From assembly GCA_964016885.1 (NCBI GenBank), contig OZ024743.1, forward strand, positions 203,484,001 to 203,548,000: 64,000 nucleotides of DNA, written 5' to 3'. The notes beneath the pieces were generated by a model that did not search any database, was not told the DNA's origin, and worked only from the letters and a program-made list of their open reading frames with translations. Position 1 is the stretch's first letter. The number at the start of each line of letters is the position of its first letter. Position numbers and translations under genes: made by a program. Below are positions 12,998 through 25,924 of the stretch, piece after piece. Source of the stretch: Eledone cirrhosa. Taxonomy: Eukaryota.

Positions 12998-13860
12998 AAG
13001 ATTCAGCGAGAATCGTATTTCGGCGGGCAGGAAAGCCGAAGCGAAACGCAAAAATCAGAAATGATACTGGCAAAGTGCTCAATAGTTAAAAACCAGAGCT
13101 AAACAATGTGTTAAGAAGCCATACAAAACTGAAAAGGTGGTCAAGAAGGCATTAACCACCCAAGCCAAAAACCAAATCAAGCTAAACAGGTCAAAACAAA
13201 ATAAATGATAAAAATAAATTATAACCCGACCTGGACTCCCGGAATTGCTGTTAAAATCCGATGTAGAGTTTCTGTGACACCTAAATCAAAATACAGTCTG
13301 CTTAAAAATATAAGCTTTGTGTATAACGATCGAACAAGGAATATCACGTTATCAACAGGTATTTCGCTCTGTACCAAACAAGTGAATGACACGGTGGTAA
13401 GTTAAACCACGTGTGAAAATCACAAGGGGAATAACCCCAGATTTTGGCAAAGTAATTCAGTGAGTGTAAATCATGCGAAAAATATTATAAATAGCACAAA
13501 TCGAATAAGTTCTCAACTGGGTGGTTTTAAAATAAACTTATACAATTAACATGTCAATAGAAATTATTAACAAGTTAATTGTAAGAAACGGGAGATTAAT
13601 ACAAATAAAGATTCAGCGAGAATCACATTTCGGCGGGCAGGAAAGGAGAAGCGAAACGCAAAAATCAGAAATGATACTGGCAAAGTGCTCAATAGTTAAA
13701 ATCCAGAGCTAAACAATGTGTTAAGAAGCCATACAAAACTGAAAAGGTGGTCAAGAAGGCATTTACCACCCAAACCAAAAACCAAATCAAGCTAAACAGG
13801 TCAAAACAAAATAAATGATAAAAAAAAAATGATAACCAGACCTGGACTCCTGGAATTGCT
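12996..13860. repeat. ~250-bp direct repeats ~610 bp apart (unclassified, possible pLTR)
   Basis: ATAAAGATTCAGCGAGAATC...GGAATTGCT at 12996-13250 and 13606-13860. Confidence 0.75.
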
Positions 13861-14018
13861 ACATATATAGAGAGAAAGAAGTGGTAACACAACTGTTAGT
13901 TCACCATGCCAAGAAACTATTGTTCTCGGTATGGTGAACTAACTGTTGTGTTACCACTTCTACCTAACTCGTCCCATGGACTGAGTGCTCTAACACTACG
14001 GATATAGCTTCCAGTGTT

Positions 14019-14051
<33 letters not shown>

Positions 14052-15136
14052 TTTATATACTTAAAATGCAGTAGGAGTGTGAAGAAAGCAAGAATGGAGT
14101 GGTGGTGAGTTTTCTTCATCAGTTGTCTACTGGGGGTCTCGGATATTTCTACGCTTTAAAGACAAGATATCTCACCCCAGGGCGTCAATAACTGGATAAG
14201 TTATTGGGAAAACGGAGGAGGGGGCAAGGAACATAAAAGGAAGAAAATAGAAAACAGTAAAAACACAACAAACCGAGCAATGTACGAGCAACTTAAGGTA
14301 AGGAAATCCAAGACCACACGATAAGAGAACTTAAGTTCAAGACTGAGTGGTCGAGAGAAAAAAGACAACGTCTGATCGTCGCAGTTGTAAGTGAGAAGAG
14401 AACTGTTAAACGGTCAGGCGTGGGGGTGAAAGTGAGAGGGAGAAAGGGAGTGGAAGAAAGAGGGGTGATAGTAGATATATATAACAAAAAAGGTGTGGTA
14501 AGATTCCAGGTGGACTATAACGCACCAGAATACTTGATACTTAGGGCAGTAGAGTGGGTAATATGAAACGCGTCAGGACCCCGAAGGGTGACCTCCGGCC
14601 ATTTTGACAGCAAGATCCGAAACGACAGCTGTCGAAACGACCGGAGCTCAGCCCTCGGGGTCCTGACTCTTTTCATATATATATATATGAAAGGTGGATA
14701 ACGGCGAAGTCATGATGAGAGGTGTTAGCTTCTGTATGATGGGAGGGCATTCATTCATTTAATTCTCATTTTTTTCTTTTTTTTTCTTATTTTTTAATCC
14801 TTTACTCGTTTCAGACATGAGAGTGAGCTTTGCTAGGGTACAGGCTTGATTTCATCGGTCATGTTGACCCTAGTACTTATATGTTCTTCTCTGCTGTACA
14901 TTTTAATTATCTCTGTTTCGTGTGAACCCCTAACTAAAGAAACATATACACAGACACAAACGTAGGCTTGACACAAACCGCACGGACGCATATATATATA
15001 TACAGTCGATCGACTTTCGTCAAATCGGACCGAGGAAACAATGTTTGCGTTGGTCTTTCAAATTTCTAATACTATCAATTGGTCGCAACTCCAGGTAGAA
15101 GGAGCAACGTGAAATAATATATATATATATATAGGA

Positions 15137-15180
<44 letters not shown>

Positions 15181-15524
15181 AACCAGTAAGACCCCGACAG
15201 CTGAGCTCAAGCCGTTTCGACAGCTCAGCTGTCGGGGTCTTACTGGTTCCTATTACCCACTCTACTACCTCAAGTATTGAGTACTTTGGTGCGTTATGGT
15301 CCACCTGGTTCCTTACCACTTTTCCTTCGTTATATATATATATATATGTTTATATGTATATATATATATATACGATATTAAACAAATGGAAACTATATTT
15401 ATAAAACCATAGTTTAATATCGTAAACCTACTCCAGAAACTGTTGAGTGCTTTTATATCAGTTATAAAATATTTACTCGTTGTAACCCAACAATCTTAAA
15501 TAAAACTTTTGCATATATATATAT

Positions 15525-17075
15525 CATCATCATCATCATCATCAGGTTTAGCGTCCGTGTTCCACGCTTGCATGGGTTTGGACGGGGGTTTTCCCACTTG
15601 AGGCAAGAGTGGTTGTCTTGCTCGCATAGGACTGTCTGGCGGGTTTTCTACTGTTGGATGCCCTTCCTAACACCAACCACATTTACAGTGTGGGGCTGGG
15701 AGGTTTTTACCGTGTTGCCTACACGGCCACATTACAGCGTGGACTGTCTGGCGGGTTTTCTACAGCTGGATGCCCTTCCTAACACCAACCACATTTACAG
15801 TGTGGGGCTGGGAGGTTTTTACCGTGTTGCCTACACGGCCACATTTACAGCGTGGACTGTGTGTTTTTTGTCGTGACACCTACACGATCTCATTTGTTTC
15901 GGCCTGGATGTTGTGGGACCAACATAACTTTACATTGAAAGGGGCGGTGTGGGTGGGGTGGAGGTGGTGGGACGGGGGTGTGTTTTGATAGAGATGCCTA
16001 CTGACTGTAGTAGGTTTTTACTTTGTATTTAGGTAAGGCGGGTCTTCTCTATTACTGAGTACCGCCAAAGGTCTCGGTCCAGTGACATTGTCTTGGAGAG
16101 GTGTAAGCGTGTGAGGTCGGAATTTATCAGCTCGTCCCATGTTTTTCTGGGTCTGCCTACTCCGTGGTTACCGTCTATCTTTATTGCCCTGCACTTTGTT
16201 ATACAGCTGTCGTCTTTCATGCGCATCACGTGACCGTACCAACGTAGCCTTCTCTCGAGTAAACAACATCTGATCCCTCTTATTTCTAATTTTTTCCTTA
16301 GTTCGTTTATGCTTTGCCGTTCACGTATATTACTATTGCACATCCAGCGGAGCATGCAAGCTTCGTTCCTCTCTAGTCTGCGTATATCCTCTGCACACAA
16401 TGCCCAGGTCTCACTGCCATGCAGCATTGCTGTTCGTATGCAGGCATCGTATAACCTGCCTTTCATTTTTAGGGAGAACCCTCTAGCGGCTAATAGTGGT
16501 ATAAGCTCTCTGAACTTTTTCCATCCAGTTCTGACTCTAGCTACTGTACTTTCAGAGCACCCTCCCCCACTGCTGATTTTGTCACCCAGATAACGGAAGC
16601 TGTCCACTATTTCTATAGAACCCTCTGCGCAGTTGAAGGAGCTAGTATTTTGTGGGCACTTGTTGCTACTTATTGCACCAGAGCACCGGCCACATGTAAA
16701 ATCTATGTTCTTAGTTAGCTTACCTGTGATCCCACTACATCTTTTATGCACCCATACTTTGCATTTGGGACATAAAATGGAGTTTCTACCTACGCCTTTC
16801 CTACACACTGAGCATGGCCATTTCCCAGATGGGACCGCCGCCTTATTTTCTTTCCTACAAACTAGAACTTTAGTCTTAGCCAGGTTAATTTTAAGGCCTT
16901 TTGATTCAAGGCCGTGCTTCCATGTTTGGAATTTCTTCTCTAGTTCGGTCATTGATTCAGCTATGAGCGTTAGATCATCTGCGTATAGGAGTTCCCATGG
17001 GCAGCCGGTCTTGAACTCCTCTGTTATAGCCTGAAGGGCAATAATAAATAGTAGGGGGCTAAGAACAGAGCCCTG
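15525..17075 (-). mobile_element. 5'-truncated RTE-clade LINE with (GAT)n tail
   Basis: QGSVLSPLLF, LLYADD, GRPRKTW; 3' UTR with a short tandem duplication; (ATC)n on + at 15525-15545. Confidence 0.92.
16029..17075 (-). CDS. RTE reverse transcriptase C-terminal part with embedded PHD-like finger
   Basis: ORF 16029..16952 extends upstream through YADD. CSVC...SILCPKCKVWVHKRC...FTCGRC fits C4HC3. Confidence 0.85.
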   Translation of the reverse strand, partial: QGSVLSPLLFIIALQAITEEFKTGCPWELLYADDLTLIAESMTELEKKFQTWKHGLESKGLKINLAKTKVLVCRKENKAAVPSGKWPCSVCRKGVGRNSILCPKCKVWVHKRCSGITGKLTKNIDFTCGRCSGAISSNKCPQNTSSFNCAEGSIEIVDSFRYLGDKISSGGGCSESTVARVRTGWKKFRELIPLLAARGFSLKMKGRLYDACIRTAMLHGSETWALCAEDIRRLERNEACMLRWMCNSNIRERQSINELRKKLEIRGIRCCLLERRLRWYGHVMRMKDDSCITKCRAIKIDGNHGVGRPRKTWDELINSDLTRLHLSKTMSLDRDLWRYSVIEKTRLT

Positions 17076-17146
17076 ATATATATATATTGGTAAACGGAAT
17101 AGAAAATGCTGACAAATTGTTCACAGTGAAAAATAAAAAAATAAAA

Positions 17147-17193
<47 letters not shown>

Positions 17194-17246
17194 GAGAGAG
17201 ATAGGGAGTTACTAATTAAGACTAGTAAAACCATTGTTAGAGCAAG

Positions 17247-17281
<35 letters not shown>

Positions 17282-17368
17282 AAATAAATTTTGATATCAC
17301 ACTGAAAAATCTCTTCAACATTTTCTACTGAAATAATCCTGTTCCTTGCTAATATTTGTTTATATATA

Positions 17369-17415
<47 letters not shown>

Positions 17416-18037
17416 ATCAAGTATAATCAACAAGTTTAAATTAATTTCGTTTATTCATAGTCTATGAATAAACGTTAATTTTAACCTGTTGACTTCATGT
17501 TTATAAATATACTCGGGAGTAAACAGAACCCCCCACTCGCACTTCGAAGAGTGCTATTCTCTGTATCGGTGATTAAAGAACACATACTCGAATTAATTAT
17601 ATGATTATATATATACAGCGGGCTTCAGCATTTTCTATGAACCAAATTCCGCTCGTAAGGTATTGAGCAGCTTGAGGCTATAGTTGAATAGTTGAAAACA
17701 CTTGCATAATATATCTCCCAGCAGGCCTGAACCCAGAACAACATGGTTGCACAGGGAGCTCCTTGACCTTACAGGCATAACAACTTTTCACAGAGATTCA
17801 TATGCAGACATATTAACAATTGTAATCGTTAGTTTCACTGACAGCAAAGAAGGTCTCTCCTTGGACTTATTCTGAAATCAGAAGCTCATCGAACCTGTAG
17901 TTTACCCGCCATCAAGGGAACCACGAAACTGATGACCTATTGATTCCAGAGTCGAGCCCCATCGATACGGATCGTACTTTGACCTCATCAATCGTGAAAC
18001 GCGCATCACACCTGAATAAATCTAATTTATATATATA

Positions 18038-18092
<55 letters not shown>

Positions 18093-18260
18093 CAAAAGAG
18101 TCAGGACGCCGATGTCTGAGCCCCGGCCGTTTCGACGCCTAGATCCGAACTAGCTGTCGAAACGGCTGGAGCTCTGCCGTCGAGGTCCACTCTACTACCG
18201 TAAGTATCGAGTACTTTGATGCCTTATGGTCCACCTGGTATCTTACCACACTTTCTTTGT

Positions 18261-18364
<104 letters not shown>

Positions 18365-18372
18365 CGTGTGTT

Positions 18373-18489
<117 letters not shown>

Positions 18490-18499
18490 GAATATATAC

Positions 18500-18534
<35 letters not shown>

Positions 18535-18596
18535 ATCTTTTACTCTTTTACCTGTTCCAGTCATCCATATCAGATGCCAATGTATATATACATATC

Positions 18597-19512
18597 CGAG
18601 GTGTGTCAGAAAAGTTCCAGGACTGATGTCACAAAAGATTTATTTCAAACCCAAACTTCACACTAAGAGTTTTCTCCTTCAAAGTAATCCCCCTGGAGTC
18701 TAATGCACTTTCCCATCCTTTTCTGCCACGCTTGCATGCTCTCCTGAAAGGATTCTTCTGGGATCCTCCGCAGTTCCATCGTCACGGCTTTTTTGATGTC
18801 GTCCACGTCTTCAAAACGGGTCCCCTCCCGGTCGTACTCGAAGATCCATGACTCATCACCGGTGATGACTGTCCCTAGCAAGTATGGTTCGGTTTCAATA
18901 CGTTTGAGGATGTCTTGGCACACTTGTAATGCCTCGACCCTTCTGGTCCTCGTTCAGCAGTTTTGGCACCAACTTCGCGCAGATTTTCCGCATGTCCAAA
19001 TCTTCAGTGAGAATCTTCCAGACGCTGTCCCGATTCATACCCAGCTCATTTGCCATCGGTCGAACAGTCAGCCGACGATCGCTACGCACCATCTGCCTGA
19101 CGCACTCAACGTTGACCTCAGTCCTGGTTATTGAGGGCCTTCCGCTCCTGGGGTCATCTTCCACGTTCTCGCGTCCTTCTTTAAACCTCTTGCACCACTC
19201 AAAAACACGTGAGCGTGACATCGTCTCATTTCCATACACTTGCTGCAGCAACCCCAGTGCTTCTGACGGAGTTTTCCCCAACCGTACCAGAAACTTCAAG
19301 TTTGTTCGTTGCTCTGTGCTCATTGCTTGACGACCTGAAATATAGGACTGTATATAAAATTATGAAGAAAAAAGTTTGATCGTTGCAGAGAGCTAAGATT
19401 ACAGTTACATACACCAGGGGGATTACTTTGAAGGAGAAAACTCTTAGTGTGAAGTTTGGGTTTGAAATATATGTTTTGTGACATCAGTTTTGGAACTTTT
19501 CTGACACACCTC

Positions 19513-19513
<1 letters not shown>
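18597..19513 (-). mobile_element. Internally deleted mariner (Tc1/mariner) element with ~100-bp inverted termini
   Basis: MSTEQRTNLKFLVRLGKT, DDPRSGRP, AKLVPKLL (WVPHEL-like), ITGDESWIFEYD, GDYFEG; termini CGAGGTGTGTCAGAAAAGTTCC; TA follows the right end. Confidence 0.92.
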
Positions 19514-19573
<60 letters not shown>

Positions 19574-20167
19574 TATATACATATACACACACATACATAC
19601 ATACATATACGTGTGTGAGTTCATTAGTTGTCAGTTTTGCAGTCTGTACGTGTATCTGATGCATATCATATTTCCAGTATCTATTCTCTATTTAACCACT
19701 GCTTAATTTACGTTCGCTTAAATGACAATCGTATAACCTAAAGTAATTATCGGATACTGCTTGGCTAATGCTGCATAACCATACAAAATCCGGTTCTCTA
19801 ATGTCCTATTACACTCGACCTATAGAGAAAGATGCTCATAAAGGCAACTGATTAAATCTCGCACTAAATACATTTTCTATTTGAACTGTGATCTCAATGT
19901 TGACATATCAAGTATCGGTGAAAATTACTGAGGCGATAAATACGTTTAGCTATTCAAGACGTTTATATAAACTTTGCTTCTATTCATATACTTGCCTAAA
20001 TGTTTTCGGCACATGATAACTAACATATTATAATTCATACCATCCTCCAATCTATTGTAGCCTTTCATCGTAAAGATAATTCCTCGCTTACTAATTCTAA
20101 TTGAATGAATTAGCGCATTGCAACTTCTATAAATGAACAGACTCCCTCGGTGTTTGCGTGTGTGTGT

Positions 20168-20201
<34 letters not shown>

Positions 20202-20269
20202 GTGTATTTGTGTCCATGGGTGCAGGCGGTATATGCTTATACCACCCTCTCTCACACACACTCTCCCTC

Positions 20270-20312
<43 letters not shown>

Positions 20313-20630
20313 CTCTATCAGACGTGTATAACTTCGCGGAGAAGTTTCCGTTAATTTATGTAAGAAAAAAACGTGAGTTTTTAGTTAAATTTTATATCAT
20401 TGTGTAACTTGACCCCCCGTCTGAACCTTCAGGTGGTGGGTCAACTCATTTTCGCCCCTACAGGGACGGAATATCCATTTAAAAAATTTTTCTCCATCGA
20501 ATCTTGGAAAAAAATATTGTAAAATTTTGATTACGTTATGAACGCTGCGTCCAACGATAATGGTGGTGGAGAGGCGGTAAGACTACAAAGCTCGTAGTCA
20601 ACAACGTCTTCTTCACTAGATACTATAGAG

Positions 20631-22454
20631 ATGGAAAGACAAAATGAAAATAAAAAAACGAATTCACATCCAAACAACACAAATGACACCAAACAGCTCA
20701 ATGACAACAAAAATAACAGCAAAACCAATAATGATGATAAAAGCAACAATGATAACAACAACAAAGAAAAAAATAAAGACAACGCCAATAACACCAGCAT
20801 CAAAGACAACAACAACACCAAGGAAAATACGGATGATACCAACATCGGTGACAACAAGAATAACAACAAGAATAACAACAATAATGACAACACCACCAAT
20901 ACGGATTCCACAAAGAAACCAAAAATCTCCTTTGCGGAGAAAGTTCAAAAGAAAGAACACTTGATATATCTCGACATAACAAATGCTGAACAACTTTTAA
21001 AGGACGCTAAGAGATATGTCACCTTCGAAAAAAATGGTGCTTTCAGCATCAATTCTCCGGTAGAAATTCGCAAGGAAACTGCTCTCAAAACGATAGTTTT
21101 TAGGACAGTTTCCAATTCTACCCGAAAACCAGTCCAATTGTCACAGAAAGATATTGAACTTGTTTTCAAAGATTCAATGAATGATATTGCATTCATTCAA
21201 AGAAGCAAACTTTTTGGGAGTATTTCGGTACTGATGAAGGATCAATTGACGGCCCAAAACTACTCTGTGTCGCCAATTGTATCCAACCTGTACACCTTTT
21301 TCCCTACATACATGGGAAAAAGGACACAAAAGATCAGAATCACAAGTGTCACACCAAAGGTGAACATATGGTGGATACTGTGCGGCTTCATCAATTTTGA
21401 TGAAGACAGAGTACTGTCAGTAGGCAAGTCCCCCAGAAATGTATTCAATGGGACTAGCATTGAAGTTCTGGTGCAAATGAGCCCAGAGCGAATAGCTATG
21501 ATCCCACAGCGTGTACTCCTGGACGGACTTACCTACATAAACCTTTCGGTTGAGGGTAGGCGGCCTTCATGTTACCATTGCTTTAGCAGGGGTCACCTGA
21601 GGGCTTCCTGTCCTAAACTAATGAACCAAAAAAAGGCTCTTCTGCCGACACCCATCAAAACAACACAACCACCAACACCACCACAACAACAACAACACCA
21701 ACACACAAAAATAACCACAACAAACACAGTCCCACCCAACCTCACTCCACCTAAAACCACTGCAAAATCACATACAGACACAACAGCTTCCCAAGACATA
21801 CCCCTCCCCAATCACACAGACGATACAACAGATGAGGCTATCTCGCCATCACCCAGTGAAGACGAGGGAGAACCCCATCGCTCGAAAAGAAAGAAAAGAC
21901 ATCACAAAAGCAAAAAACCAGCAAACACTACCACAAACATACAGCCACCAACACAAACAACAAAAATATCACAAACAAAACTCCCACCTCCTGAAAACAG
22001 AATACCTACAACAAAACGAAAGCACACACAAGAACTACAGACAAAAACAAACACAACACAAGAAAATTACACTTTCACTTACATAAACACTGAAAACAAA
22101 ACACTAATGGAGACCATCACGAACGACCCTTCGGTTTTCACCGAAGGGAAAACTTTCGCCCACTCTATAAAAAATAGCAAAAAACTGAACCTAAAACTGA
22201 TTAGGGTCCCTATACAAACTTATAGGTCCCTAAAAGAAACATTTGAGAAGGATGTGGGGAATTCCTGCGTGAAACCACTCAACCGCGTCCTTCTCGAATG
22301 CCTCCCCACCCCAGACACCCCCATCCCACCAGACCCCACCCCACCAAACATCTGCGTCCCCACCCCGCCGGAAACCACCACCCATCCAGACAACCCCTTC
22401 AACACCCCCATGGAAATCGTGTGGCCTGGTCCCCAGGAGGCGAAGGGTGAGTGA
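20631..22454 (+). CDS. Tx1-like ORF1 (gag-like; Asn-rich N-term, zinc knuckle, Pro/Thr-rich C-term)
   Basis: 607-aa ORF containing CYHCFSRGHLRASC (CX2CX4HX4C); homologous ORF in copy 2. Confidence 0.88.
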   Translation: MERQNENKKTNSHPNNTNDTKQLNDNKNNSKTNNDDKSNNDNNNKEKNKDNANNTSIKDNNNTKENTDDTNIGDNKNNNKNNNNNDNTTNTDSTKKPKISFAEKVQKKEHLIYLDITNAEQLLKDAKRYVTFEKNGAFSINSPVEIRKETALKTIVFRTVSNSTRKPVQLSQKDIELVFKDSMNDIAFIQRSKLFGSISVLMKDQLTAQNYSVSPIVSNLYTFFPTYMGKRTQKIRITSVTPKVNIWWILCGFINFDEDRVLSVGKSPRNVFNGTSIEVLVQMSPERIAMIPQRVLLDGLTYINLSVEGRRPSCYHCFSRGHLRASCPKLMNQKKALLPTPIKTTQPPTPPQQQQHQHTKITTTNTVPPNLTPPKTTAKSHTDTTASQDIPLPNHTDDTTDEAISPSPSEDEGEPHRSKRKKRHHKSKKPANTTTNIQPPTQTTKISQTKLPPPENRIPTTKRKHTQELQTKTNTTQENYTFTYINTENKTLMETITNDPSVFTEGKTFAHSIKNSKKLNLKLIRVPIQTYRSLKETFEKDVGNSCVKPLNRVLLECLPTPDTPIPPDPTPPNICVPTPPETTTHPDNPFNTPMEIVWPGPQEAKGE

Positions 22455-22487
22455 TCTCTTTTCCTCTTTTAACTTTTCAGCACCAAC

Positions 22488-25400
22488 ATGGCCAATATAA
22501 GAGTTGGATGTGTGAACGTACGCGGCCTGGGGATGCCCTGGAAACAGGGCAAACTCTTAAACGACCTCAGGTCGCACAGTTTGGATGTGGTAGCCATTTG
22601 CGAGTCCAGGATCCACGGCGAGCGACAGCTGGCCCCCATCTTCGATGACTTTGAGATCTACGCATCTCTCTGTCAACCGGGGGGTGGGGGAGGAGTTGCC
22701 GTTTTGCTGCGGAAACACCTGGGCCTCGTAACACAGACGGTACATCTGGACCCGGAGGGTCGACTGGTGGTCCTAGACCTTGACGGTAGTGAAGGTGGAG
22801 CCTTCAGGCTGGTGGCCGCATATGCCCCATCCGGGACACCGCGGCCAGACTTCTTCAAACGTCTAGAGACTTTTCTGGGAACGTCCCGCTCCTTGCTTTT
22901 AGTGGGGGACTGGAATGGAATCCTAGATGCACGTTGGGACTATGTGGGAGCATGTCCCGAAAAAGGGGGGTGTAACAGCCTCAAACAGTTAATCGACCGA
23001 TTTGACCTGGCCAATAGATATCGACTAGATTTTCCGACTGCGCCACTGTGGACGTGGAGTAATCGTAGCGGAACATCTAGATCGTACCTAGATAGGGTTC
23101 TAGTTAGAAATAAGGATAGGGACATGTTAAGCTGTCCACAAATGTTCATGGTTGCCCATTCAGATCACAAACTAGTGACCTGCATGGCCAACCTTGTTGG
23201 AACCCATAGACAAGGACCCGGCTACTGGAAGCTGAACTTGTCGTTACTGACAAGCAAAGCCTACAGTAGACGGATTAGCACTTTAGTTAAACAGCACTTG
23301 ACAGGGGCCATTGTCAACAACAGATGGTGGTACTCTCTCAAGAGGGCAGTTAGATTAGACTCGATAGTTTTTAGTAAAGAATTAGCGTTAGATAGAAATA
23401 GAACCGAGAAGGAACTGGTAGATAAAGTAGAAGAGGCAATTAGAAGTGGCAACGTAGCCAGCGTGCTAGCAACGAGAACGGCCTTGGACCAGTTCTTCGA
23501 CGCAAAGCACGAGGGCTGCGTTGTCAGAAGCAAAATACGTGCTCTGGGAAACGAGGGAGCCAAAGCTGTTAGCTGGGCCCGAGTGACGGAGGCAAAAAGT
23601 GGCAACAAGTCCACGATTCGGTCTTTGAAGGACCAAAACGGACGCGTGATACGTGAGCCGAAGCAGATGTGTTTGCTTTTCAGCGGCACTTTGCTCGGCT
23701 GTTCGGGGGGAGCGGGGCGCCGGGAGAGGCTATGGATTTCGGTCCATACCTCGACGGCCTACCGCGACTCTCGGACAGTGAGGCGAAGTTCTGCGAAAAG
23801 CCGATTTCAGCCACTGAGATAGGGGACGCGCTGAGCCAATGCGGCAAACGCAAATCTCCAGGTCTCGACGGTCTACCCTACGAATTTTACGTAGCAATGC
23901 CGGACTTATTCTCCGGTCTCCTGGAAGCGGTCTACTGCAACTGGCAACAGAACGGGAGAATTCCCAGTTCTGTAACCGGGGGCGTGGTCACACTAATCAG
24001 GAAGGACGAGAATAAGGGGGATGATATAGGCAACTTCCGGCCCATAACTCTGCTAAACACAGAGTTACAGATTTTGGCCAAGGTGTTGGCAAAGAGGCTG
24101 GCGCTTGTCGTCGAGAACCTGGTGGGAGAAGCGCAGACATGCGCGATCCCGACCAGGTCCATACACGACAACCTCCACCTCATGCGATACATCATAGAGA
24201 GGGTAGGGTGTAAACCCGACTTCGGTGGGGCCCTGATCAACTTGGATCAGTCTAAGGCTTTCGATAGGGTTGACCATCGTTACCTGGATGCGGTGCTCGA
24301 GGCGGCAGGCTTCGGACCCGTGTTCAGGGGCTGGATTGCTGCAATGCACAACAGCAACATCTGCTCAAGGGTCAAGGTGAACGGTTACCTCTCGGAGCCG
24401 TTCCATATTACGCGATCCATTCGACAGGGATGCCCTCTCTCCTCCCTTCTGTACGTACTGACTCTCGAGCCACTACTGCGGAAGCTGGAGCTATTGCAGG
24501 GCATCCCTCTGGAACCGGGACTGCGGAAAGCGGCGTCGGCCTACGCCGACGACGTGACAGTAATGGTGTCGAGCGCCTCGCAAATTGAGGAAGTCGGCAC
24601 CTTACTAAAGGAATACGAAAGTCTCACAGGAGCGAAGCTGAACCGGGACAAGTCCATCGGCTTGCAACTCGGATCGTGGAGAGGCAGACCGATGCCTTCC
24701 GATGGCGTCGTCGGACGCTGGACGGAAGGACCGGTAAAGCTGCTCGGGGTCTGGTGTGGTCCGGACCTCCAGGTGGAGAAGAACTGGAACGAAGTGACGG
24801 CCAAGGTGTTTGCACTCACCCAGAAGTGGGCCGAGTGCAAACTATCCTTGAAAGGTCGAGCGGAGGTGGCGAACACTTTTATAGCGTCCGCCATCTACTA
24901 CCGCTTGACCGTCGTGCCTTGCCCAGCCAAAACGCTCGTCAAAATGGAGCGCGCCCTCTTCCGATTCCTTTGGAAGAGGCGGGCTCCTTTGGTAAGAAGA
25001 TCCATCTGCTGCCAACACCCTTCTAACGGAGGGCTAGGGATGCCGTGGTTGACGATGCGCAAACACGCGCTCAGGCTGCGGCATCTCTACGTATTCCTCA
25101 CCGGACAACCGGTGTGGGCCCCGTTCGTGAGGCGAGCCTTCCCACGACTCGTCTCGCTGACCGAGCTGCAGTCCTGGGTCAAGCAGAGACCGAGGAAAAT
25201 GGGCAACTGGCACATCGAATGTGCTCAGGCGCTCACAGCCCTCTGGCAGGCGGACCCGGCGATCAGTGGAGACTCCACTTCGTCATTCTATAGAGGGTTG
25301 GTCCGCAGCAAGTGCGACGACGCGCTCGGTGAAACTCTAGGCGTGGAGGAAGATGAACTGGCCAGTCTGTTCGGTAGGACCTTCCGCCCGGGACCGATGG

Positions 25401-25924
25401 ACAACTTCCAAAAGTCCCTGGCCTGGCAGTGCTACCGAGGAGCTCTACCAGTTCGAGACAAGCTCTACAGACATGGGCGCCCGGGAAGGGACCCTGCAAA
25501 AAAGATATGTCCGAGGTGCGTGCGAGACGAAGAAACCGTCGCGCACGCATTCATACACTGCCCGGGCGTCACTAACCTGTGGGGCTATGTAGAACGACTA
25601 TTGTCGCGGGTGGGACCAATCCAGTTGACCACCGAGTCCATTGTCATGATCAAACCGCCACCCTCCTTCAAAAACGAAGGAGAGGCGGTTTTCCTTTGTG
25701 TGATAGCTATGGCGAAAGAGGTTGTATGGTGGACAAGGTTGAAAGGGCTGAGGTCAGACACCTTTCTCTCCGGCCAACAACTGATTCTTTTTTTCAAATA
25801 CCACTTTGGAAGAAGAATCAGGATGGAGAGAGAGGTGCTGTACCCCAGCAAGTTTTATGAAAGGTGGGTGAAAGTGGCGAGAATGGCCCGAGTGAATGGG
25901 CCTTCTCTCTATATCAGCCTGTAG
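22488..25924 (+). CDS. Tx1-like ORF2: AP endonuclease + RT + C-terminal zinc finger (one frameshift near 23670-23690)
   Basis: NVRGL, GDWN, YLDR, SDHK, GYWKLN, KSPGLDGL, DQSKAFDRV, RQGCPLS, YADD, CPRC..ET..HAFIHC. Confidence 0.93.
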
